A DNA stretch of 64,000 nucleotides from an uncultured Actinomycetota bacterium (lineage in GTDB: Bacteria; Actinomycetota; Actinomycetes; Actinomycetales; Microbacteriaceae), in assembly GCA_963772625.1 (NCBI GenBank), contig CAVYXT010000017.1, positions 5,079 to 69,078 on the forward strand, written 5' to 3'. The notes under the pieces were generated by a model that saw only the letters and a list, made by a program, of their open reading frames with translations, did not search any database and was not told the DNA's origin. Shown one piece after another: positions 12,112-20,635 of the stretch. Each line of letters begins with the position of its first letter. Positions within the stretch are counted from its first letter, which is position 1. Position numbers and translations under genes: made by a program.

Positions 12112-12375
12112 ATGAGCACTCTCCTCGAAACCCCGACTCCCGGCACGCCCCACCTCTCGCGTGCGGCGCATGTCCGGCTCGTCCCAGCCGCACCCGGACT
12201 GTGGCGCATCACCGACCGCGGTGGCCGGGTGATCGGCCATCTCCAGGCGATCCGCCAGGGCGATGACGTCCGATTCAGCGCGCGGCGATTCCACGCACCG
12301 AGCCGCGCGTTCCGCGAGCTCGGTGAATTCTGGTCGGCCGACGACGCGGTCGAGTGCGTGACTTTCGCTCGCTGA
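12112..12375 (+). CDS. Small hypothetical protein (87 aa)
   Basis: Strong SD GAAGGAGAAAGGA; ORF MSTLLETPTPG...ECVTFAR directly downstream of the PafBC-type promoter. Confidence 0.75.
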   Translation: MSTLLETPTPGTPHLSRAAHVRLVPAAPGLWRITDRGGRVIGHLQAIRQGDDVRFSARRFHAPSRAFRELGEFWSADDAVECVTFAR

Positions 12376-12379
12376 CCGC

Positions 12380-13804
12380 TCAGACCACGGCGTCCAGCTG
12401 CTCGGCCATCGCGACAGGCGCTCCGCTGCGCACGCGCGGCCATGCCTCGGCGAGGATGTCGACGGCTCCGACCAGGTCGTCCGGCGACGCGGTGAACGGG
12501 ATGCGGAGGTGCCGGTCGTGGCCACCGTCCACGGAGAAGCGGGGACCGGCCGACAGAAGCAGTCCGCGCGAGCGCACATCCATCACGAGTGCCGAGCTCA
12601 GCGGCGCGTCGAGCTCGATCCACAGCGAGACTCCGCCCTGTGCATGTGGTGCCCGCCATTCCGGCAGAGCTCGCGAGACCGCCGCCGCGACGGCATCCCG
12701 ACCGGTGCGAAGGACATGCGAGCGCTGTGCGACGACCGCGCCGAACTGGGGGAAGAGGGCCGCGGCGACTGCCTGCTCGAACTCCGGAGTGCCCAGGTCC
12801 TGTGCGGAACGGGCCGCCACGAGTCGTCGCACGAGGTCGGTCTCGCCGCGGATCCACCCGACCCGCAATCCCCCCCACACGGTCTTGCCGAGCGAGCCGA
12901 CGCGGACCACGAGCGCGGGATCGCCGTCGAGGAAGGCGGGCGGGACCGGCCCGCGGTCGATGTCGAGGTCGGCGGTTGTCTCATCCAGCACCAGGATCGT
13001 GCCCGCCCGTTCCGCGGAGTGCAGGATCGTGGCTCGCTCCGCTGCGGACATCGATCGACCGGTGGGGTTCTGGAAGTCGGGCATCAGGTACGCCATGATC
13101 GGCAGCGTCCGTGCGAACGCCTGCTCGGCGCGATCCAGATCCCAACCACCCGCCGTGGTCACCGGCACGCCGACCAGTCGGGTGCCGGCGCGACGGAGCG
13201 CGTCGGCCGCGTGGGGGTAGGTCGGCGTCTCGATCAGCACCCGATCGCCCCGGCCCGAGAGCACCCCCGCCAGGAGGTGGATGGCGCTCTGTGCGCCGGT
13301 CGTCACGATGATCTGGCCGGGCGAGGTCGGGACTCCGCGGTCGCAGTATCGGCGGGCGATTGCCTCCCGCAGTTCGATGCGGCCGAACACGTCGTACCCG
13401 ACGCGGGATACCAGCGACGACGCCGACGCCGCGACTTCGGAAATGACCCCGGCCAATCCCGGCCATGCCGGCGGACTCGCCTGCTGCAGATCGATCGCGC
13501 CGTCGCTGACGAGCGTGCGCCCGGGGTCCCGGCGACGCAGCGGCAGCGTCACACTGCCGGAACCGCGCGTGCTCGCGATGTGCCCGGAGTCGCGGAGGCT
13601 TCGGTATGCCGCGGCGACGGTGCTGCGGCTCACCTGCAGGAACGCCGCCAGTTCCCGTTCCGCAGGCAGCGCTGTGCGCGGAGCGAGCCTGTTGTCCAGG
13701 CACAGGAGGCGGATGCCGTCGGCCAGAGCTTCATACGCCGGTTCACGAGTGCGCCAGCCGCCGAGGGCGGCAGCGAGTGCGCGAGCAGATATCCGGGAGT
13801 CCAT
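12380..13804 (-). CDS. MocR/GabR-family (YczR-like) GntR regulator with PLP aminotransferase-like domain
   Basis: wHTH LPAERELAAFLQVSRSTVAAAY...TRGSG; AAT-like domain with GSLGKTVWGGLRVGW. TACTCT lies 6 nt before the ATG. Confidence 0.9.
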   Translation of the reverse strand: MDSRISARALAAALGGWRTREPAYEALADGIRLLCLDNRLAPRTALPAERELAAFLQVSRSTVAAAYRSLRDSGHIASTRGSGSVTLPLRRRDPGRTLVSDGAIDLQQASPPAWPGLAGVISEVAASASSLVSRVGYDVFGRIELREAIARRYCDRGVPTSPGQIIVTTGAQSAIHLLAGVLSGRGDRVLIETPTYPHAADALRRAGTRLVGVPVTTAGGWDLDRAEQAFARTLPIMAYLMPDFQNPTGRSMSAAERATILHSAERAGTILVLDETTADLDIDRGPVPPAFLDGDPALVVRVGSLGKTVWGGLRVGWIRGETDLVRRLVAARSAQDLGTPEFEQAVAAALFPQFGAVVAQRSHVLRTGRDAVAAAVSRALPEWRAPHAQGGVSLWIELDAPLSSALVMDVRSRGLLLSAGPRFSVDGGHDRHLRIPFTASPDDLVGAVDILAEAWPRVRSGAPVAMAEQLDAVV

Positions 13805-13821
13805 GGAGCCAGAGTATCCGA

Positions 13822-13858
13822 ATTGGACTGCACGGTTCGTGCCAATCACACGATTGGA
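13822..13858. promoter_or_regulatory. Putative MocR/YczR operator: ATTGGA (13822), inverted CCAAT (13842), ATTGGA (13853)
   Basis: Two direct repeats plus one inverted copy in the 61-nt divergent gap, the layout known for GabR/PdxR-type regulators. Confidence 0.6.
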
Positions 13859-13865
13859 TGGCTCT

Positions 13866-14495
13866 ATGGCTCGTCGCATCATCCAGCTCCTCTCCGGCCT
13901 TCTCCTCTACGGTGCGGGCTGTGCTCTCACGGTCGAGGCCGGACTGGGTGTCGACCCCTGGACGGTGCTCGCGCAGGGGATCTCCGTGCACACGGGCATC
14001 GGCATCGGCTGGGTGACGAACATCCTCGGTTTCCTCGTACTGCTCCTGTGGATTCCGCTGCGACAGCGACCAGGCGTCGGAACGATCGCGAACATCCTGC
14101 TCGTGGGCACGAGCATGCAGGTCGTGCTGTGGATCGTCCCTCCCATCAGCGGGGTGTGGGCCCAGATCGGCGTCCTGCTGGGAGGCATCCTGCTCGTCGC
14201 CGTGGCTTCGGGGCTCTATATCGGAGCCCGCTTCGGTCCCGGCCCCCGCGACGGCCTGATGACCGGGCTGCATGCTCGCCTGGGCTGGCCGATCTGGGGC
14301 TGCCGCGCCCTCGTCGAGGTCTCGGTGCTCGCAATCGGCTGGTTGCTCGGCGGCACCGTCGGCATCGGCACGGTGCTGTTCGCGGTCCTCATCGGACCGC
14401 TCGTCCACGCGGCGCTGCCGCTGCTGGACACGGCTCGCGCTCCGAAGGCGCGTATGCCTGCCGAGCGGGCGCGGCCGACGCGCGCTCCGGTCTGA
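13866..14495 (+). CDS. YczE/YitT-family membrane protein
   Basis: GLGVDPWTVLAQG, PGVGTIAN, GPGPRDGLMTG and GGTVGIGT motifs; divergent from the YczR-like regulator. Confidence 0.88.
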   Translation: MARRIIQLLSGLLLYGAGCALTVEAGLGVDPWTVLAQGISVHTGIGIGWVTNILGFLVLLLWIPLRQRPGVGTIANILLVGTSMQVVLWIVPPISGVWAQIGVLLGGILLVAVASGLYIGARFGPGPRDGLMTGLHARLGWPIWGCRALVEVSVLAIGWLLGGTVGIGTVLFAVLIGPLVHAALPLLDTARAPKARMPAERARPTRAPV

Positions 14496-14499
14496 CGCG

Positions 14500-14709
14500 T
14501 CAGTGCTCGCGGAACTCCGGCCAGTCGCTGCCAGGCGTCATCCGCGAGTGCAGGGCGTTCTTCGCGATCTCCATCGAGGGATACTTGCCGGCCGACGAAT
14601 CGGCGCCGGCCATGGTCACGGTGTAGCCGTCCTCGTCCTTGCGGATGCTGCCGACGACGCCGGACTGCCCGTAGGCCACCCACAGGCTGTGATGCGTTTC
14701 AGTGCTCAT
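14500..14709 (-). CDS. Small hypothetical protein (69 aa)
   Basis: MSTETHHSLWVAYG...DWPEFREH with a GAAGGGG SD; typical codon usage. Confidence 0.7.
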   Translation of the reverse strand: MSTETHHSLWVAYGQSGVVGSIRKDEDGYTVTMAGADSSAGKYPSMEIAKNALHSRMTPGSDWPEFREH

Positions 14710-14825
14710 CTGAACCCCTTCCGTGCCCCTCGACGCTACGCCCGCTGGTGCGGTGACGCCAGTGGTCCGAACGGGCGTGTCGCACACCGTTTCTCGGTGG
14801 CGCGGCGCAGTCGACCGGCGGCTCG

Positions 14826-14901
14826 TGGTGCCCCCGACAGGACTCGAACCTGTGACCGGCGGATTAGAAGGCCGCTGCTCTATCCACTGAGCTACGGAGG
14901 C
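14826..14901 (-). tRNA. tRNA-Arg (anticodon UCU)
   Basis: GCCTCCGTAGCTCAGTGGATAGAGCAGCGGCCTTCTAATCCGCCGGTCACAGGTTCGAGTCCTGTCGGGGGCACCA; 76 nt with encoded CCA. Confidence 0.95.
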
Positions 14902-14991
14902 GCGAAACAAGGTTATCGCGCCGCGATCAGCGGCCTGGAGACGCCCTCCAACCGGAAGCCGTGTCCGAGGCCCCTGACTAGGATGGACCCC

Positions 14992-15618
14992 ATGGTGGGG
15001 GCATCCGACAACGACCGGCTCGTGTGGATCGATTGCGAGATGACGGGCCTGGACCTGTCGGTCGATGAGCTCGTCGAGATCGCCGTCGTCGTCACCGACT
15101 TCGAGCTCCGGCCCCTCGATCCGGGGTTCTCGATCGTGATCAAGCCGGATGCGTCGGCGATGGCTCACATGAACGACTTCGTGACCGACATGCACCAGAA
15201 GTCCGGTCTGCTGACCGAGATCCCCGGCGGTGTGAGCGTCGCCGAAGCGGAGTTCGAGGCGCTCGAGTATATCCAGCGCTTCGTGCCGCTCGAGGGAAAG
15301 GCGCCCCTGGCGGGCAACACGATCGGCACCGACCGCATGTTCCTCGCGAAGTACATGCCGCGCGTGGATCGCTGGCTGCACTACCGCAACGTCGACGTCT
15401 CCAGCATCAAAGAACTCAGCAGGAGGTGGTATCCCAGGGCGTACATCCACGCCCCCGCGAAAGGTGGCGGTCACCGTGCTCTCGCCGACATCCGCGAATC
15501 CATCCTGGAACTGACCTATTACCGCTCCGCGGTCTTCGTGCCCGAGCCCGGCCCGACCAGTGACGGGGCCCGTGCCGCGGCGGCCGCCGCCGTTTCGTCG
15601 TTCGCTCCCGGAGTATGA
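14992..15618 (+). CDS. orn: Oligoribonuclease
   Basis: LVWIDCEMTGLD, LAGNTIGTDRMFL, HYRNVDVSSIKEL and HRALADIRESI motifs. TAGGAT lies 7 nt before the ATG. Confidence 0.95.
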   Translation: MVGASDNDRLVWIDCEMTGLDLSVDELVEIAVVVTDFELRPLDPGFSIVIKPDASAMAHMNDFVTDMHQKSGLLTEIPGGVSVAEAEFEALEYIQRFVPLEGKAPLAGNTIGTDRMFLAKYMPRVDRWLHYRNVDVSSIKELSRRWYPRAYIHAPAKGGGHRALADIRESILELTYYRSAVFVPEPGPTSDGARAAAAAAVSSFAPGV

Positions 15619-15654
15619 GAGAATTTTCGGGTTGCCCGCACGCGCGGGAGACAT

Positions 15655-15731
15655 GGTGGGTATAGCTCAGTTGGTAGAGCACCTGGTTGTGGTCCAGGGG
15701 GCCGCGGGTTCAAGTCCCGTTACTCACCCCA
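15655..15731 (+). tRNA. tRNA-His (anticodon GUG)
   Basis: G(-1)GTGGGTATAGCTCAGTTGGTAGAGCACCTGGTTGTGGTCCAGGGGGCCGCGGGTTCAAGTCCCGTTACTCACCCCA; C discriminator plus CCA. Confidence 0.95.
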
Positions 15732-16082
15732 ATGCTTGACATGGATGCCGCGGCTTTCGAGTCTCTCGTGGTCGACGAGCTCGATCGGCTTCCCGACGAC
15801 ATGGTCGAGGGGCTCGACAACGTGGTCTTCGTCGTCGAGGATCGCCCGGAAGACGGAAGCCTGGATCTGTTCGGCCTCTACGATGGATGGGCACTTACCG
15901 AACGCGATCGCTATGGTGCGGGCGAGCTGCCCGACCGCATCATCGTGTACCGCGAGCCGCACCTGGCCGCCTGCGATACCGCGGGCGAGCTGCGCGACGA
16001 GGTGCACACCACGCTCGTGCACGAGATCGCGCACTTCTACGGAATCGACGACGAACGACTCCACGAACTGGGATGGGCCTGA
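15732..16082 (+). CDS. Zincin-like metallopeptidase family protein
   Basis: PDRIIVYREP...TLVHEIAHFYGIDD (HExxH). Start at 15732 or 15741. Confidence 0.85.
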   Translation: MLDMDAAAFESLVVDELDRLPDDMVEGLDNVVFVVEDRPEDGSLDLFGLYDGWALTERDRYGAGELPDRIIVYREPHLAACDTAGELRDEVHTTLVHEIAHFYGIDDERLHELGWA

Positions 16083-16381
16083 TGGTGCTGCTCGCAACGC
16101 CCGACCTCGACGAGCAGGTGGGCACGCAGCTCGACCAGGAGACGATGCCGCCCTGGCAGACGGTCGTGTGGAACGACCCGGTCAACCTCATGAGCTACGT
16201 CACGCACGTCTTCCGCGAGTACTTCGGATTCGACCGGCCGCGTGCCGAGCAGCTGATGCTCGCGGTGCACCACGAAGGTCACGCCGTGGTGGCGGAAGGT
16301 GCTCGCGAGCAGATGGAGCTGCACGTGCAGGCCATGCACGACTACGGCCTGTGGGCGACCATTCGGCAGGCCCCGCGATGA
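16082..16381 (+). CDS. clpS: ATP-dependent Clp protease adaptor ClpS
   Basis: WQTVVWNDPVNLMSYVTHVF...MLAVHHEGHAVV...GLWATI. Confidence 0.92.
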   Translation: MVLLATPDLDEQVGTQLDQETMPPWQTVVWNDPVNLMSYVTHVFREYFGFDRPRAEQLMLAVHHEGHAVVAEGAREQMELHVQAMHDYGLWATIRQAPR

Positions 16382-16881
16382 GCGGCGCGCGCACGGTCGT
16401 GCTCGAGCTGACGCGGATGGAGGCCGCCCACCTCGCCGGACTGGTGACGCAGTTCACGGAGCTCCTCGAGGGTGCTGAGAGCGGCGCGGGCGACCCCGCG
16501 ATCGCTCGCCTCGTGCCGGATGCCTATGCGGACGACGCCGCCGCTGCGCAGGATTTCCGTGACGTGACGGAGAACGATCTGCTCGAGCGCCGCCGACAGG
16601 ATGCTGCGGCGGTGCTCGACTCGCTCCGCGAACCCGCCACGCTTCCCGACGACGCCGAGCCGGACGACGAGGTCCTCATGGAACTCGTGGAGCTGCGCCT
16701 GCAGCCCGAAGCCCTGCGGGCGTGGCTGCGCTGCCTGGCGGCGATCAGGCTTGTGCTCGCCACGCGCCTGGACATCCGCAGCGAGGACGATCACGACGTC
16801 GACGATCCTCGGTTCGGGATCTACGAGTGGCTCGGATATCGGCTCGACGGGCTGGTGCAGGCCGCGTCGGGCGACGAGTGA
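16378..16881 (+). CDS. DUF2017-like protein (actinobacterial clpS neighbour)
   Basis: DPAIARLVPDAY...WLRCLAAIRLVLATRL...IYEWLG; ATGA overlap with clpS. Confidence 0.8.
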   Translation: MSGARTVVLELTRMEAAHLAGLVTQFTELLEGAESGAGDPAIARLVPDAYADDAAAAQDFRDVTENDLLERRRQDAAAVLDSLREPATLPDDAEPDDEVLMELVELRLQPEALRAWLRCLAAIRLVLATRLDIRSEDDHDVDDPRFGIYEWLGYRLDGLVQAASGDE

Positions 16882-16888
16882 GCGGCCC

Positions 16889-17482
16889 TCACGGGATTGC
16901 GAAGACGTGCGTCGCCAGACCGGTAGGACCGTCGCGCGCGATGTGGCGCTCCTCCTGCTCAGCCCACCGGGTCCAGTGCGGCCGGAAGGTGTCGCCGTCT
17001 CGTTCCAGTGCCCGTCGCATGCGCGACCGCTGCGGTGATTCGAGCCACACGCGCACGTCACCGAGCCGGGCCGTCTCAGCAGTGAGCAGCCCCGAGCCTT
17101 CGACGATCAGCGGCAGCGAGGGGTCGACGGCATGCGCCTCGGCGGGAGCGGACGCGTCCCAGTCCCAGCGCTCCCACACCCCGATCAGCCCGCGCGCGTG
17201 CGGCCGGAGGATCAGGTCGCGGGCTGCCTCCACGCCGTCGGCGAGGCCGTCCCACCCTGGGTAGAGGGAGTCGAGGGCGACAAGCTGCACCCGCCCGCGG
17301 AGCGGCCACCGAGCGACCAGCCTCCGGGCCAGGGATGTCTTTCCGGAGCCGCTGCGGCCGTCGATGAGCACGACCGGATTCGACGCGGCGACGCCGACGA
17401 TCGCCGCGAGGACTTGGGAGGCCGCGATGTCGAGGGCGGCGGTGACGGGGTCGGCGTCAGCGCTTGAGCGCGCGGATGACAC
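16889..17482 (-). CDS. P-loop nucleoside/uridine-kinase-like protein
   Basis: VVLIDGRSGSGKTS Walker A; LDSLYPGW, LIVEGSG and VRVWLE motifs. Confidence 0.8.
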   Translation of the reverse strand: MSSARSSADADPVTAALDIAASQVLAAIVGVAASNPVVLIDGRSGSGKTSLARRLVARWPLRGRVQLVALDSLYPGWDGLADGVEAARDLILRPHARGLIGVWERWDWDASAPAEAHAVDPSLPLIVEGSGLLTAETARLGDVRVWLESPQRSRMRRALERDGDTFRPHWTRWAEQEERHIARDGPTGLATHVFAIP

Positions 17483-17777
17483 GGCTCAGTGCGCGACCGG
17501 TGACCCACACGAACGGAATCGCCACCGCGAGGAAGGAGACGATGTTCGGCTCGAACCGGAGATCGCCGCCGCGACGGACGTATGCCCCCAGCGGCACGGC
17601 ATAGCCGCCTCCTGCGCCTCCGCCGTTGCCCGCCTCGTCGGATCCTCCGCCGAAGCCGGACCACGTGATGGCGACCGGAACGATGCGGACGCCGTCGACG
17701 TCCACCTGCTCGCCGTAGGCGCTCTTCACGCCGAAGGTCGCGGACTGCTTGCCGAGCTCGAGTGCGATGTTGGGCAT
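17457..17777 (-). CDS. Small GerW/YtfJ-like membrane-associated protein
   Basis: VKSAYGEQVDVDGVRIVPVA...FGGGS...GGGAGGG...PLGAYV motif. TACCGT lies 6 nt before the ATG. Confidence 0.65.
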   Translation of the reverse strand: MPNIALELGKQSATFGVKSAYGEQVDVDGVRIVPVAITWSGFGGGSDEAGNGGGAGGGYAVPLGAYVRRGGDLRFEPNIVSFLAVAIPFVWVTGRALSRVIRALKR

Positions 17778-17833
17778 GTCTCCACGGTAGCGGGCCGAGG
17801 GCGGCAAGCCCAGCGCGGGGCGCCGGTTGGCGC

Positions 17834-19093
17834 TCAATCCATGAGCGGCGGCTTCGGGTGCGAGGGCGGAGACCCTCCCCCGCGCGCACCGCCGATCAGC
17901 GTTGCGCGCGTCACCGCTCCGCGCCCGAACCGCGCGGTCGCGTCGTCGAGTGCGCCCTCGACCCGACGCCACTCGGCGTCGTCATCCCACAGCACCGGCT
18001 CGCCGCCGCCGGCAGCGCGCAGCTTCTCGGCTCGAACTCCGACCAGCCGCACCGGCAGTGGTCGTTCGACCGAGCCGAACAGGTCCAGGGCCGCCTCGCC
18101 GATGCGCTGGCCGACGGCGGTCGGCTCGGGAAGGGTCTGCGATCGGCTGATCGTCGTGAAGTCCGCGAACCGGACCTTGATCGCGATCGTGCGCGCCTCC
18201 CACCCGTGCTTGCGCAGACGCGCACCGACGCGATCCGCGAGCCGGCGGAACTCCGAGCGCAGCACGGCCGGATCGTCGATATCGGTGAGGAATGTCTCCT
18301 CGTGGCCGACGCTCTTCTCCACCTGCTGGGTCTCGACACTCCTGGCATCCACGCCGCGGGCGAGGTGCCAGATGCGGTCGCCCATCGCACCGCCGAGCGC
18401 GCGGTCCAGGACCGGGCGCGGTGTCTCGAGCACATCCGCGACGGTGTGGATGCCGCGCGCCTCGAGCACCTCGGCGGACTTGGGCCCGATGCCCCACAGC
18501 GCACGCACGGAGCGCGGTGCGAGGAAGGCGGCGGTATCGGCCTCCGAGACGATCAGCAGGCCGTCCGGCTTGCTGATCGTGGACGCCATCTTGGCGACAT
18601 GCTTGGTGGCGGCGACGCCGATGCTGCAGGTCAGTCCGGTCTCGTCGAGTACGCGCTGACGCAGCATCCGAGCGATATGACCGGGCGTGCCCCACAGTCG
18701 CCGCGCGCCGCGCACGTCGAGGAACGCCTCGTCGATCGAGAGCGGCTCGACGAGAGGCGTCACGTCGTGGAAGATGCGCATGACCTCTTTCGAGAGTGCG
18801 ACATAGCGCTCGAAGTTCGGGCGCACCGTGATCGCGGTGGGACACAGGCGCAGCGCCTGCCCGACCGACATCGCCGAGCGGACGCCGAATCGGCGTGCTT
18901 CGTAGGATGCACTGGAAACGACCCCGCGTCCTTCGAAACCGCCGACGATGATCGGCTTGCCTCTCAGCGATGGGTCGTCGAGCACTTCTACGGACGCGTA
19001 AAAGGCGTCCATGTCGACGTGCAGGATGCCGGTGCCGGCGTCGTCCGCGCCGTCGGGCGAGACGAGCCGTCCCGTTCCGTCGCCCCGTCCCAT
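17834..19093 (-). CDS. dinB: DNA polymerase IV
   Basis: ILHVDMDAFYASVE, SASYEARRFGVRSAM, SIDEAFLD and KMASTISKPDG motifs. Confidence 0.95.
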   Translation of the reverse strand: MGRGDGTGRLVSPDGADDAGTGILHVDMDAFYASVEVLDDPSLRGKPIIVGGFEGRGVVSSASYEARRFGVRSAMSVGQALRLCPTAITVRPNFERYVALSKEVMRIFHDVTPLVEPLSIDEAFLDVRGARRLWGTPGHIARMLRQRVLDETGLTCSIGVAATKHVAKMASTISKPDGLLIVSEADTAAFLAPRSVRALWGIGPKSAEVLEARGIHTVADVLETPRPVLDRALGGAMGDRIWHLARGVDARSVETQQVEKSVGHEETFLTDIDDPAVLRSEFRRLADRVGARLRKHGWEARTIAIKVRFADFTTISRSQTLPEPTAVGQRIGEAALDLFGSVERPLPVRLVGVRAEKLRAAGGGEPVLWDDDAEWRRVEGALDDATARFGRGAVTRATLIGGARGGGSPPSHPKPPLMD

Positions 19094-19099
19094 GAGCCG

Positions 19100-19121
19100 A
19101 TGATCCCCGCAGCCGCCGACA
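19100..19121 (-). promoter_or_regulatory. PafBC-type promoter TGTCGG-N10-GATCAT, 6 nt before the dinB ATG
   Basis: Perfect TGTCGG with N10 spacing; the -10 has G instead of T at position 1. Confidence 0.65.
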
Positions 19122-19134
19122 ACTCGCTCGACGA

Positions 19135-20634
19135 CTACTGCGCGGCGCGCTCGAGGATCAGCTGGCGCACGCGCGCGGCATCCGCTTGACCGTGCATCGC
19201 CTTCATGACCGCGCCGATGATCGCGCCCGCCGCCTGAACCTTGCCGTCGCGGATCTTCGCCATCACGTCCGGCTGAGAGGCGAGGGCCGCGTCGATCGCG
19301 CTGATAAGGGCTCCGTCGTCCGAGACGACCGCGAGGCCGCGCCGGTCGATGACCTCCTGAGGTGTGCCCTCGCCCTGGATGACACCCTCGAGCACCTGGC
19401 GCGCGAGCTTGTCGGTCAGCGTCCCGGCGTCGATCAGTCCCTGCAGCGCCGCCACGTCGGCGGGCGAGACGAGCTCGGCGGCCTCGCGTCCGTGAGCGTT
19501 CGCGGTGCGGGTGATCTCGCCCGTCCACCACTTGCGTGCGGCGGCGGGTGTCGCGCCGGCGGCGATCGTCGCGGCGACCTCGGCCAGCAGGCCTCCGTTG
19601 GCGACGTCCTGGAATTCGAGGTCGCTGAAGCCCCATTCGCCCTTGAGCCGGCGGCGGCGCTCGGCCGGAGGCTCGGGAAGCGCGGCCCGCAGTTCCTCGA
19701 TGAGCTCGGCCGACGGCGCCACGGGCAGCAGGTCGGGCTCGGGAAAGTAGCGGTAGTCGTCGGCGTCGGACTTCGGGCGGCCCGGCGAGGTGGTGCCGGT
19801 GTCCTCATGCCAGTGCCGCGTCTCCTGCGTGATCGATCCGCCGTTCGCCAGGATCGCGGCCTGACGCTGGATCTCGTAGCGCACCGCCCGCTCGACCGAG
19901 CGCATCGAGTTCACGTTCTTGGTCTCGGTCCGGGTGCCGAGCTTCTCCTGGCCGCGGGGTCGCAATGAGACGTTGGCGTCGCAGCGGAGGTTGCCGCGCT
20001 CCATGCGCGCGTCGGAGATGTCCAGGGCCAGGACGATGTCGCGGATCGTCTGCACGTAGGCCTTCGCGATCTCCGGCGCGCGATGCTCGGTGCCGTAGAT
20101 CGGCTTGGTGACGATCTCGACGAGCGGCACTCCCGCGCGGTTGTAGTCCACGAGCGAGTACTCCGCACCCTGGATGCGGCCGGTCGATCCGCCGACGTGC
20201 GTGAGCTTGCCGGCGTCCTCTTCCATATGGGCGCGTTCGATGGGAACGACCACGCGCGTTCCGTCGGCGAGCTCCACCTCGACCGAACCCTCGAACGCGA
20301 TCGGCTCGTCGTACTGCGAAATCTGGTAGTTCTTGCCCAGATCGGGGTAGAAGTAGTTCTTGCGCGCGAAACGGCTGGACGGCGCGATCTGGCACCCGAG
20401 TGCAAGGCCCAGCGAGATCGAGTACCGCACTGCCTGCTCGTTGACCACGGGCAGCGAGCCGGGAAGTCCCAGGTCGACCGGCGCCAGGTCGGAGTTCGGC
20501 TCCCGGCCGAAGGAGTTGGGTGCGGCCGAGAACATCTTGGTCTTCGTGTTGAGCTCGACGTGCACCTCGAAACCGAGGACGGGCTCGAACAGCTCGAGCG
20601 CCTTGTCGAAATCCATCAGCTGATCCTTCGCCAT
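19135..20634 (-). CDS. gatB: Asp/Glu-tRNA amidotransferase subunit B
   Basis: [45 protein letters not shown] and [10 protein letters not shown] motifs. Confidence 0.97.
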   Translation of the reverse strand: MAKDQLMDFDKALELFEPVLGFEVHVELNTKTKMFSAAPNSFGREPNSDLAPVDLGLPGSLPVVNEQAVRYSISLGLALGCQIAPSSRFARKNYFYPDLGKNYQISQYDEPIAFEGSVEVELADGTRVVVPIERAHMEEDAGKLTHVGGSTGRIQGAEYSLVDYNRAGVPLVEIVTKPIYGTEHRAPEIAKAYVQTIRDIVLALDISDARMERGNLRCDANVSLRPRGQEKLGTRTETKNVNSMRSVERAVRYEIQRQAAILANGGSITQETRHWHEDTGTTSPGRPKSDADDYRYFPEPDLLPVAPSAELIEELRAALPEPPAERRRRLKGEWGFSDLEFQDVANGGLLAEVAATIAAGATPAAARKWWTGEITRTANAHGREAAELVSPADVAALQGLIDAGTLTDKLARQVLEGVIQGEGTPQEVIDRRGLAVVSDDGALISAIDAALASQPDVMAKIRDGKVQAAGAIIGAVMKAMHGQADAARVRQLILERAAQ

Positions 20635-20635
20635 G

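Noticed and set aside
14826-15731. tRNA-Arg and tRNA-His as island insertion points
   Set aside because: No duplicated tRNA 3' end and no integrase or phage genes nearby.
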